The translations under genes were made by a program, and so were the position numbers. From Verrucomicrobiota bacterium (GTDB taxonomy: Bacteria; Verrucomicrobiota; Verrucomicrobiia; Limisphaerales; JADLHS01), in assembly GCA_031423875.1 (NCBI GenBank), contig JANPGI010000034.1:1-42579 (forward strand): a stretch of DNA of 42,579 nucleotides, written 5' to 3'. The notes below the pieces were generated by a model that was given only the letters and a program-made list of their open reading frames with translations, was not told the origin of the DNA and searched no databases. Of this stretch, positions 25,879 through 34,107 are shown one piece after another. The first letter of the stretch is position 1. Each line of letters starts with the position of its first letter.

Positions 25879-28284
25879 ATGATTGCTCGCGTCACACTCG
25901 AAATCGCACTTCGCAAGGAGTTCGATTACGCCATCCCGCCTGAAATGGCGGGCAAGGTGGACGTAGGCAGTCGCGTGCAAGTTCCGTTCGGCGCCCGCAA
26001 AGTTCTAGGCGTCGTCACAGCCGTTGCAGAGGAATCCGCCCACGCGCGGCTCAAGCCCATCCTTAAAGTCATCGGTGCGCAGACGCTCGTCACCGCCAAG
26101 GTGCTTCGGCTCGCGCGGTGGATTGCGGACTACTACTGCTGCGCGCCGGAGATCGCGCTCAAATCCATGTTGCCCGAGGCGGTGCGACACGAGAAAGCAG
26201 GCTGGCGCGAGCGACTCTTTGTTCGTGCGCTGCCCGTTGTCGGAGAGTTCCCCAAATTGGCCAAACGCCAGCTTGAAGTCTGGAACATCATCGAAGAGCG
26301 GCGAGAGATTTTATTATCCGAGTTGGTTGAGTTGGCGGAAACAACCGCCGCCACCGTCCGCAAACTCGAAGATCGTGGCCTCGTCTCCATCACGAATGAA
26401 ATCTCCGAGCGCGACCCGTATGCGCGCGAGCAGATTTTGCCGAGCACCGCGATTGTATTGAATCCCGCGCAGGCTGCGGCGTTGGAGAAGATCAAGGCGG
26501 TGATGGCGGCGCGAAATGATGAAGGTAGAAAGATGAATGATGAAGTAATGCCGGCGCAAACCACGCGCCCGACTTCAACCTTCAACCTTCAGCCTTCAAC
26601 CTTTCTTCTACACGGCGTCACCGGTTCGGGCAAAACCGAAATTTACCTTCAAGCCATCGCGCACGCGCTGGAGCAAGGCAAAGGCGCCATCGTGCTCGTG
26701 CCGGAAATCGCGCTGACGCCCCAGACGGTGGAGCGATTCAAGGCGCGGTTCAGTTCTGGAAAATTACAAACACTTGTCGCCGTCCTGCACTCGCACTTGA
26801 GCGCGGGCGAGAGACATGATGAATGGCACAAGATTCGGCAGGGCAGGGCGCGGATCGTGATTGGCGCACGCTCGGCGATTTTCGCGCCGGTGGAGCCGCT
26901 CGGACTCGTCATCGTAGACGAGGAGCATGAGCACACTTACAAGCAGGAGGAAGCCCCGCGCTACCATGCGCGGGATGTCGCCATCGTGCGCGGGCAGATG
27001 GAAGGCGCAGTGGTGGTGCTGGGTTCGGCCACACCCTCGATGGAGAGTTATTACAACTGCAAGATCGGCAAATACACGTTGCTCGACATGCCCGAGCGTG
27101 TGGATAACCAAAAGATGCCCGTCGTGCGCGTGGTGGATATGCGCCAAGCCGCGCGTAAGGAAAAGGGCACGTTGATTTTTTCTCCACAACTCAAGGAAGC
27201 CATCACGCAACGGTTGGAAAAGGGCGAGCAGACGATTCTTTTTCTCAACCGGCGGGGCTATTCGTCGTCGTTGCAATGCGAGAAATGCGGGCATGTTTGC
27301 GAATGTCCCAATTGCTCGCTCTCGCTCACATATCATCGCCCGGAACAATTATTGCGCTGCCATCTCTGCGGACATAACGAGCGCATCCCGAAGGTTTGCC
27401 CAAACGAGAAGTGCAAGAATCCTGCGATCCGTTACTCCGGTCTCGGCACACAGAAGGTTGAGGATGTGTTGGGGAAATTATTCCCCAAGGCGCGCATCAA
27501 ACGCATGGATGCCGATGTGATGAAGCGGAAGGAAGATTACCGCGAAGTGCTCGGTGATTTCCGCACGGGCAAGATTGATATTCTCATCGGCACACAGATG
27601 ATCGCGAAGGGGCTGCATTTCCCGAACGTCACGCTCGTGGGAATCATCTACGCTGACCTCGCGTTGAACATGCCGGACTTTCGCGCGGGCGAACGGACAT
27701 TTCAATTGCTCACGCAAGTCGCTGGACGCGCGGGTCGCGGCGATGTGGAGGGCGAAGTATTCGTGCAAGCGTTCACGCCGTTTCATCCTGCGATCCAATA
27801 CGCGCGCCGTCACGACTTCGTGGGGTTCTACGATCAGGAGATCGAGTTTCGTGAGCAGTTGAAATATCCGCCCGCTGCGCGCGTGGCATTGCTCACGCTG
27901 AAAGGCCGCAACGAGGAAAAGGTGCAGTTCTCGGCGGAACATTTGAAGAAAGAGTTGGACAAGCTTGTCGGACGCGGCGGAGAAAAGGAGAAAACGGAAA
28001 AAGGCGTGGAAGAGAACGCGATGTTGTTCGGCATGGAAACGCCTCTGCCCATTTCCCCTTCTGCTCCTCTACCCGGGGCGACCGTTCACTTTCGCGACTT
28101 GATCATCGCTGGCCCCGCGCCTGCGCCGTTGCTGCGGGCGGAAACGTTTTACCGCTACCAAATCATGTTACGAACACGAGTGATGAGCAGGCTGAGTCAT
28201 ACGCTCGCAAAGATCTTGAGCGAACTGGTTTTACCGGAGGACGTGACACTGACGGTGGACATTGATCCGGCGAGCCTGTCATGA
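25879..28284 (+). CDS. priA: Primosomal protein N' (replication restart helicase PriA).
   Basis: N-terminal 3'-DNA-binding domain VQVPFGARKVLGVV. Walker A GVTGSGKTE, DEAH-like VDEEHE. Cys-rich region CEKCGHVCECPNCSLSLTYH ... CHLCGH ... CPNEKC. ATG at 25879 is chosen (MIARVTLEIAL). Two lineage-specific inserts are described in the findings. Confidence 0.92.
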   Translation: MIARVTLEIALRKEFDYAIPPEMAGKVDVGSRVQVPFGARKVLGVVTAVAEESAHARLKPILKVIGAQTLVTAKVLRLARWIADYYCCAPEIALKSMLPEAVRHEKAGWRERLFVRALPVVGEFPKLAKRQLEVWNIIEERREILLSELVELAETTAATVRKLEDRGLVSITNEISERDPYAREQILPSTAIVLNPAQAAALEKIKAVMAARNDEGRKMNDEVMPAQTTRPTSTFNLQPSTFLLHGVTGSGKTEIYLQAIAHALEQGKGAIVLVPEIALTPQTVERFKARFSSGKLQTLVAVLHSHLSAGERHDEWHKIRQGRARIVIGARSAIFAPVEPLGLVIVDEEHEHTYKQEEAPRYHARDVAIVRGQMEGAVVVLGSATPSMESYYNCKIGKYTLLDMPERVDNQKMPVVRVVDMRQAARKEKGTLIFSPQLKEAITQRLEKGEQTILFLNRRGYSSSLQCEKCGHVCECPNCSLSLTYHRPEQLLRCHLCGHNERIPKVCPNEKCKNPAIRYSGLGTQKVEDVLGKLFPKARIKRMDADVMKRKEDYREVLGDFRTGKIDILIGTQMIAKGLHFPNVTLVGIIYADLALNMPDFRAGERTFQLLTQVAGRAGRGDVEGEVFVQAFTPFHPAIQYARRHDFVGFYDQEIEFREQLKYPPAARVALLTLKGRNEEKVQFSAEHLKKELDKLVGRGGEKEKTEKGVEENAMLFGMETPLPISPSAPLPGATVHFRDLIIAGPAPAPLLRAETFYRYQIMLRTRVMSRLSHTLAKILSELVLPEDVTLTVDIDPASLS
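26517..26603 (+). repeat. Imperfect palindrome in frame within priA, immediately before Walker A. The right arm is a heptamer tandem array.
   Basis: The left arm is GATGAAGGTAGAAAGATGAATGATGAAG. The right arm is CTTCAACCTTCAACCTTCAGCCTTCAACC (CTTCARC repeated 4 times). By hand count, 21 of 28 positions pair, plus one G-T. The segment encodes DEGRKMNDEVMPAQTTRPTSTFNLQPST, which E. coli-type PriA lacks. Confidence 0.6.
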
Positions 28285-28364
28285 ACCGTTTAGTCTTTGC
28301 TCATCCCTTCAACTGCGGAGAGCGGGCTTAATCTTGATCGCAATCGTTTTCTTAAACTGGGTTT

Positions 28365-28440
28365 GCGGGTGATTAAGAGTGGGATACCAAACCGCGTGCC
28401 AGTTCCAATCATACCCGGGCGTGATTAAAGACGGGTGAGG
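28365..28440 (+). repeat. REP family C, two direct copies (one degenerate).
   Basis: GCGTGATTAAAGACGGGTGAGG (28419-28440) closely matches the reverse complement of 33318-33340 (GGGTGGATTAAAGTCGGGTGAGG). A degenerate copy, GCGGGTGATTAAGAGTGGGA, lies at 28365-28384. Confidence 0.6.
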
Positions 28441-28445
28441 CGTAA

Positions 28446-28511
28446 GGAACGCCGCCTTCTGGCGGCAGAGAGAGTGACCAGCCACGCGCTGCCGCCTGAA
28501 GGCGGCGTTCC
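28446..28511. repeat. REP family B hairpin, second copy in the window.
   Basis: GGAACGCCGCCTTCTGGCGGCAG (28446-28468) opposes CTGCCGCCTGAAGGCGGCGTTCC (28489-28511). The right arm matches 24148-24170 at 23 of 23 positions. Confidence 0.8.
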
Positions 28512-28635
28512 TGCATCTCCACTGTACATTCCATCCTGACACGGTTATAATAACACCCCGCATACCCTCTGGCGACAACGCGCATGTCGAAAAGAAACTT
28601 GCCCGGCTCATTCAACGCAGTGAAACTCGGAAAAC

Positions 28636-29778
28636 ATGGCAACCCCGCAATCACAACCGCAAGCCAAGCCAAATCGCACGGCGCCCAAACTCCGCCTCAA
28701 CTGGGCGTTCAGCGATCTCTACCGCAAGGTTCTCACCTGGAAACTTGAAGCGCAGGCCAAAATCACGGGGCGCGGTTATTCCTGCGCCGCTCTCGACGGC
28801 CTCTCCGAGTACAACATCACCATCAACAGCGACCAGACCGTTTCGTGCAATTGTCAGGATTATGAAACCACGGGACAGATCGGCAGCTTGCAGAACAATA
28901 CTTTCGAGGAAGTTTTCTTTGGAGCGAAAGCCCAGAAGTTTCGGGACGAACTCGCTGCCGGCAAGATGCCCATCCCGACCTGCACGCGGTGCGGTGACCT
29001 GAAACGTCTGCCGCCTTCAGTGAATGGTGTGAAAGCGCTTCCGCCTAAACCGCGCCTGCCATATCGCGGAATGCTTCTGGAGAACACCGTCCGCTGCAAC
29101 GTGGATTGCACCGGTTGCGCCCGCGAAAACGCCGCGAGCTTGCGCGTCAACAAACAGCTCACGATGCCGATGGATCAGATGGAAAAGATGGGCGACCTCG
29201 TCCAACGTCTCGGCATGAGGCAGTTGTTCTATCTCAACCTCGGCGAGCCGTTCCTCTCGCCGACCATCGGTACCGAACTGGCGATGTTGCGTCAAAAAAA
29301 TCCAGAATGCCGCATCGTCACCTCCACAAATGGCGTGTTGCTCAACACCGACGCCAAGCGTGAAGCCGCGTTGAACTTCAGCCATATATTCTTTTCCGTC
29401 CACGGCATCACCAATGAGATGTCCGAGAAATACATGCACCGTGGGAATTTCGAAAAGGCCTATGATGCGATGAAGCAGATGGCCGCTTATCGTGATGCGC
29501 GCAAGCTCACCGAGCCGTTGCTCGAATGGAAATATCTTCTCTTCAACTGGAATGATCATCCGAAGCACATCGAACGCGCCATCGAGATGGCGCGCGAAGC
29601 GAAGCTCGACTTCATCTCCTTCTGGCCCACGAACAATCCGTTCTGGGGCATGTCTTGGCGTTATCGGCTCGGCCTGCTGAACAAATACGGGCGCAAGAAC
29701 TGGAAGGGACTTGAACTTGATCTGCGTCCGGAAGGGCGTCGCGGCACTCCCGTCCACAAGCATTACGAAGGGGATTGA
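28636..29778 (+). CDS. Radical SAM enzyme with a SPASM/twitch-like Cys-rich segment placed N-terminal to the radical SAM core.
   Basis: CNVDCTGC is a CxxxCxxC cluster at about residue 155, followed by LNLGEPFLSP (GGEP-like). The N-terminal SCAALDG ... TVSCNCQDYETTGQIGSLQNNTFEEVFFGAKAQKFRDEL ... CTRCGD resembles the SPASM consensus. Confidence 0.7.
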   Translation: MATPQSQPQAKPNRTAPKLRLNWAFSDLYRKVLTWKLEAQAKITGRGYSCAALDGLSEYNITINSDQTVSCNCQDYETTGQIGSLQNNTFEEVFFGAKAQKFRDELAAGKMPIPTCTRCGDLKRLPPSVNGVKALPPKPRLPYRGMLLENTVRCNVDCTGCARENAASLRVNKQLTMPMDQMEKMGDLVQRLGMRQLFYLNLGEPFLSPTIGTELAMLRQKNPECRIVTSTNGVLLNTDAKREAALNFSHIFFSVHGITNEMSEKYMHRGNFEKAYDAMKQMAAYRDARKLTEPLLEWKYLLFNWNDHPKHIERAIEMAREAKLDFISFWPTNNPFWGMSWRYRLGLLNKYGRKNWKGLELDLRPEGRRGTPVHKHYEGD

Positions 29779-29957
29779 GGTTTCCCACCGAAGCCCTGCA
29801 ACGAGAGAAAAGAAACGAATACCCGTCAGGTAGGAATGCACGACACTGCTTTCCAAGACGCGCACGACGCGCTCAACATTCGGCCTTACCCAAAATTTCT
29901 CTTTTCACGCCGGGCTGTGGGCACTAAACATTCGTCCTTTATTACATTGATCGAATC

Positions 29958-31247
29958 ATGAAAGAGATTGTGCCGCAGTCGCCCCCGCCCATCGTCCGAA
30001 ATCAGCATGAGCGGGTGCGCGAGCTTTTTACCAAGAACGTCATCCCGAGCTATGGGCGATTTGAACTCGTGCTCAGTCACGGATCGGGCAGTCACCTGTT
30101 CGATGTGAACGGCCGTCGTTATCTTGACCTTGGCGGCGGCATCGCAGTCTGCTCGCTTGGCCACGCGCATCCGGCCATCACTGAAGCGCTCTTGGAGCAG
30201 TCCGCGAAACTCGTCCACGTCTCCAATCTTTATTACACCGAACCGCAAGGTCGTCTCGCACAAGCGCTGGTCGAATTGATCGGCCCCGGCAAATGTTTCT
30301 TCAGCAACAGCGGTGCGGAAGCGAATGAAGGCTTGTTCAAAGTAGCGCGTAAGTTCGGTCACGACGAGGGACGCTTTGAAATCATTACCACAATCAATTC
30401 CTTCCACGGTCGTACGCTCGCGGGCATCGCTGCCACCGGTCAGGACAAGGTAAAGAAAGGTTTCGGGCCGACGATGCCTGGTTTCCGTCATGTGCCTTAC
30501 AACGATCTCGATGCGATGATCGCCGCCATCTCGCCTGCGACGGCGGCGATCATGATCGAAGGCATTCAAGGCGAAGGCGGCGTTACACCAGCCACGCCAG
30601 AGTATCTGCTCGGCTTGCGCGCGTTGTGCGACGAGAAAAAATTACTGCTGCTCATGGATGGCGTGCAGTGTGGACATTTCCGCAGCGGGTGCTTTCAAAG
30701 TTTCCAACGCATCCTCGAAGGTGTTCCGGGCGGAGAGAAGTTTTTGCCCGATGGCGTCTCGATGGCGAAATCGCTCGGTGGCGGTTTCCCGATGGGCACG
30801 TTCTGGGTACGCGCGCCGTATGCGGACTTGTTGAGCGCAGGCACGCACGGCACCACTTACGGTGGCTCGCCACTCGCGTGTGCGGTGGGCTTGAAGATTC
30901 TGGACGTCATCGAGAACGAAAAGTTGGCGGAGAACGCGCGACTTATCGGTGAGTTTTTGTGCGAAGGCTTGGAACAGATCGCGAAAAATTATCCACAATA
31001 CGTGAAGACCGTTCGCGGAATGGGGCTGATGCTGGGCTTTGAACTCGCGCCGAACATTCCGGCGCTCACGGTGGAAGGGAAGATGCCGTCGTCGTTATTG
31101 GCGTCGCGATTGCAGGAGGAGGGATTGCTGGTGATCCCGGCGGGACAGAATGTTTTGCGTCTGTTACCGCCATTGAACCTCTCTCGCGGCGATGCCGAGG
31201 AGGGTTTGATCATCATCGAGAGAGTGATTGCGAAGTTGGGCGCGTGA
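29958..31247 (+). CDS. argD: Acetylornithine aminotransferase (class III PLP aminotransferase).
   Basis: YLDLGGGIAVCSLGHAHP, FFSNSGAEANEG, the PLP-Lys context DGVSMAKSLGGGFP, and THGTTYGGSPLA. It lies directly upstream of argF. Confidence 0.88.
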   Translation: MKEIVPQSPPPIVRNQHERVRELFTKNVIPSYGRFELVLSHGSGSHLFDVNGRRYLDLGGGIAVCSLGHAHPAITEALLEQSAKLVHVSNLYYTEPQGRLAQALVELIGPGKCFFSNSGAEANEGLFKVARKFGHDEGRFEIITTINSFHGRTLAGIAATGQDKVKKGFGPTMPGFRHVPYNDLDAMIAAISPATAAIMIEGIQGEGGVTPATPEYLLGLRALCDEKKLLLLMDGVQCGHFRSGCFQSFQRILEGVPGGEKFLPDGVSMAKSLGGGFPMGTFWVRAPYADLLSAGTHGTTYGGSPLACAVGLKILDVIENEKLAENARLIGEFLCEGLEQIAKNYPQYVKTVRGMGLMLGFELAPNIPALTVEGKMPSSLLASRLQEEGLLVIPAGQNVLRLLPPLNLSRGDAEEGLIIIERVIAKLGA

Positions 31248-31286
31248 TAGTATTCAATGCCCTTTGCAACACCGTTTTAAGCACGG

Positions 31287-32183
31287 ATGAAACATCTACT
31301 GAGCATTGAAAAATTGGCGCGGGCTGACATGGAACGCATCCTGACCGACGCCGTCGCGATGAAACGCACGCGCGGTTCGCACAAAACCAAACCACTCGCA
31401 GGCCAGACTTGGGCGTTGCTCTTCTCAAAATCTTCCACTCGCACCCGCGTGTCCTTTGAGGTTGGCATCAGTGAACTTGGTGGACGCCCGATGTTTCTCA
31501 GCGCGGCGGATATTCAACTCGGTCGAGGCGAACCGATCAAAGACACCGCTCGCGTGATGGGCCGGATGATTCATGGCGCGATCTTTCGCACTTTTGCGCA
31601 GAGCGACGTGGAAGAGTTCGCCCAATACTCCGGCATCCCGACCATCAACGCGCTCACCGACGCGGAGCATCCGTGCCAGATTCTCGCGGACATCCAGACG
31701 ATCCAAGAAAAGCTGGGCTCAATCGCAGGCAAGATCGTCACCTTCGTCGGTGACGGCGCGTGCAATGTACCGGTGTCGTGGATTTTTGCTGCTGCGAAAC
31801 TTGGCTTTGAACTGCGGATCGCCGCGCCGAAGAAGTTTCAACCTTCTGCCGCTTTGCTCAAGCGTGCTGTTGGAAAAATCATTTGCACTGAGGATGTGAA
31901 AGCTGCCGCACGCGGCACAGACGTGCTTTACACGGACGTGTGGGTTTCGATGGGCAAGGAATCTGAATCCGCTGCACGGCTCAAGGTGTTGAAGGGTTAT
32001 CAGATCAATCAAGCGCTCGTGAAGCTCGCCAAACCCGGCGCACTCATCATGCACTGTCTGCCTGCGTATCGCGGCAAGGAGATTGACAATGCGACCTTCG
32101 AGGCGAACGCAGACACGATCTTCACTCAGGCGGAAAACCGTCTGCACGCGCAGAAGGCGATCTTGAACTGGGCTGTGAGTTGA
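31287..32183 (+). CDS. argF: Ornithine carbamoyltransferase.
   Basis: Carbamoyl-phosphate motif SKSSTRTRVSFE, HPCQILAD, DVWVSMG, HCLPAYRG. Confidence 0.92.
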   Translation: MKHLLSIEKLARADMERILTDAVAMKRTRGSHKTKPLAGQTWALLFSKSSTRTRVSFEVGISELGGRPMFLSAADIQLGRGEPIKDTARVMGRMIHGAIFRTFAQSDVEEFAQYSGIPTINALTDAEHPCQILADIQTIQEKLGSIAGKIVTFVGDGACNVPVSWIFAAAKLGFELRIAAPKKFQPSAALLKRAVGKIICTEDVKAAARGTDVLYTDVWVSMGKESESAARLKVLKGYQINQALVKLAKPGALIMHCLPAYRGKEIDNATFEANADTIFTQAENRLHAQKAILNWAVS

Positions 32184-32229
32184 TCGTGAATTTTTACCGG
32201 TAGGAGTAAGTCGGCCCGGCCAAGGCGTT

Positions 32230-33192
32230 TTATCCACGCGGCGGTGGCGGCGCACCTAAACCCCTTTGTTCACGCGGGCCGCGTCCGCCGGGGACTCCGC
32301 CGCCGGGGCCGCGTTTGAAAAAGCTCGCATCTGGAGTCCCGCGCCATGAGCGTGAGAGCTGTGGGAATTCATCCGTGATGTAGTAGTGATAGATGCCTTG
32401 TGGATATTCCGGTGTGATACCGAAGCGTCCGTTGCATTCGTCGAGATCACCGCTGCCGGAGACGTATTCGTAATCGGCGGTGAATTTACCATCGTATTTT
32501 CCGCCGGGCCCGCCGGAGCGTTCGCCGTTCTTGATCTGCCAGCTTGAACGCATCTTCTTCAACGCGCTCGTGGCATTGGTGGCACTTGAATGGCCATAGC
32601 CGGTGTAGATGGGGAATCCGTCCGCCGCATATCCGACGAGCAACATCCGCGTCTTGTCGCCGCCGAGTTTATCCATCAGGCCGGTGGGGAGGCCGTGATA
32701 ATGATACGCGCCAGTGGGTTGAACGTGTGCGTTGTGTTGATCGAGACCGAGGTTGATGAAGCCGGACTTGGCTTCGTAATTCCACTCGTGCTGGCCGTTC
32801 CAGAACTCGCCTGTGCCCGGCTCGAACGGCACACCGTTGAGCGCGACGCCGAACCAGCCGCCGCGCGCATCGCGGGGCGTGATGTTGATCTGCGGCTTGA
32901 GCGCGACGCGGAAATTGTAGGTCTGCACCGAGATGTGGTTGGGATTGCCAGCATTGGGAAATGCGCCGGGCTTGTGATCGGGCAATCCATTTGCGCGGAT
33001 GGTGCGGTAGTCGCCCTGAATGCTGATGGTGACTTTGCTTTCTGGCGAAGGTGTGATTGCAGGTGCGGAAATATCTCCATCCAATGCCGCGTAAAGCACA
33101 GTAGCCGATTCGTCGTGACCAGGATGAGCAAAGCAGGCGGTCAGATTCGCTACGAGCAAACCCACGGCGACGAGAGTTGAATTCATTTTCAT
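32230..33192 (-). CDS. Secreted YHYH-domain protein with a Gly/Pro/Arg-rich C-terminal tail.
   Basis: Signal peptide MKMNSTLVAVGLLVANLTACFA. GAYHYHGLP and GIYHYYIT are YHYH-family signatures. Confidence 0.75.
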   Translation of the reverse strand: MKMNSTLVAVGLLVANLTACFAHPGHDESATVLYAALDGDISAPAITPSPESKVTISIQGDYRTIRANGLPDHKPGAFPNAGNPNHISVQTYNFRVALKPQINITPRDARGGWFGVALNGVPFEPGTGEFWNGQHEWNYEAKSGFINLGLDQHNAHVQPTGAYHYHGLPTGLMDKLGGDKTRMLLVGYAADGFPIYTGYGHSSATNATSALKKMRSSWQIKNGERSGGPGGKYDGKFTADYEYVSGSGDLDECNGRFGITPEYPQGIYHYYITDEFPQLSRSWRGTPDASFFKRGPGGGVPGGRGPREQRGLGAPPPPRG

Positions 33193-33239
33193 GGCGCGAT
33201 TATAAGATGCCGAACCTTAATCTGGCGTGAAGAAACCAA

Positions 33240-33367
33240 GGTGTGATTAAAGTCGGACGAGTCACTGCCACTTGTCCCGGAGTGCGGGCAACCCCACGCT
33301 CACACTCCGTCAATTACCCTCACCCGACTTTAATCCACCCAAGTGACTGTGATGTGTGATTAAAACC
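33240..33367. repeat. REP family C inverted pair plus a partial third copy, in a divergent promoter region.
   Basis: GGTGTGATTAAAGTCGGACGAG (33240-33261) opposes CCTCACCCGACTTTAATCCACCC (33318-33340). A partial GTGTGATTAAAAC lies at 33354-33366. Confidence 0.6.
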
Positions 33368-33414
33368 TTTTCAAGCAGCACGGCGACGTGAAAACTCCGG
33401 CTGCCGCTTTTATT

Positions 33415-34077
33415 ATGAGCCAAACACAAATCGCTGACCTCGCCGCCAGGACTGATCTTGCCTACTGGAAACCCGTCGTCACTCCGAAAGAATTCGCCGT
33501 GCTGTGCGCCGATGCCCGCGCAAAAAACATTCGCGCCGTCAGCGTGACGGGTTCGCGACTGATGCTGGCGACGGCGGGTTTGGAGGACAGCACGGTTCAG
33601 GTCATTGCCCTCATCGGTTTTCCGATGGGCACGAGCGATTCTGATGTGAAGCGTTACGAGGCGGAGGTGGCGGTTGATTTCGGCGCGCAAGAGATCGAAC
33701 TCGTGTTGAATCTGGATCATCTCAAAAACAATTCATACAAAGCCGTGATGCGGGAATTGAACGACGTGGTGGATGCAGCGGACGGACGGGCCGTCTGCGC
33801 GGTGCTGGAGACTCGTGCGCTGACCCGCGCCGAACTCATCAAGGCGTGTGAACACATTTCCGAGTCGGGCGTGAAGTGCGTTTCCACCGGGACAGATTTC
33901 TGGCCGGACTCGCGCGTGGATGCGGACGACATCAAAGCCATCCGCGACGTGCTTGATGAAAAGATCGCCATCAAAGCCGTGGGCAATATCCGTGACGCAG
34001 AGCTGGCGCAGCAGTTGATCGAGGCCGGAGCTGTGCGCATCGGCACGACGAATCTGGGCATGTTCAAGAAGCTTTGA
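33415..34077 (+). CDS. deoC: Deoxyribose-phosphate aldolase.
   Basis: VIALIGFPMGTS, VDFGAQEIELVLN, VKCVSTGTDF (Schiff-base Lys context), IKAVGNIRD. ATG at 33415 is preferred over GTG at 33388. Confidence 0.85.
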   Translation: MSQTQIADLAARTDLAYWKPVVTPKEFAVLCADARAKNIRAVSVTGSRLMLATAGLEDSTVQVIALIGFPMGTSDSDVKRYEAEVAVDFGAQEIELVLNLDHLKNNSYKAVMRELNDVVDAADGRAVCAVLETRALTRAELIKACEHISESGVKCVSTGTDFWPDSRVDADDIKAIRDVLDEKIAIKAVGNIRDAELAQQLIEAGAVRIGTTNLGMFKKL

Positions 34078-34107
34078 CGCGGCAGAATGTTCACCTAAAG
34101 TTCCTGC

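Noticed and set aside
26574-26603. A heptamer tandem array (CTTCARC repeated 4 times), considered as a phase-variation tract or a CRISPR-like repeat.
   Set aside because: It is far too short and has no spacers, so it is not a CRISPR array. Slippage of a 7-nt unit would frameshift the essential priA gene. It is better explained as one arm of the in-frame palindrome.
29017-29865. Long antisense ORFs overlapping confidently assigned genes: 29017-29865, 29886-30569, 35695-36609, 11715-12353, 38995-39714, 3572-4162, 19778-20386 and 40748-41428.
   Set aside because: Each lies opposite a gene with clear family motifs. Their translations are Arg/His/Ala-rich low-complexity sequences typical of antisense frames in GC-rich DNA, with no recognisable domains.
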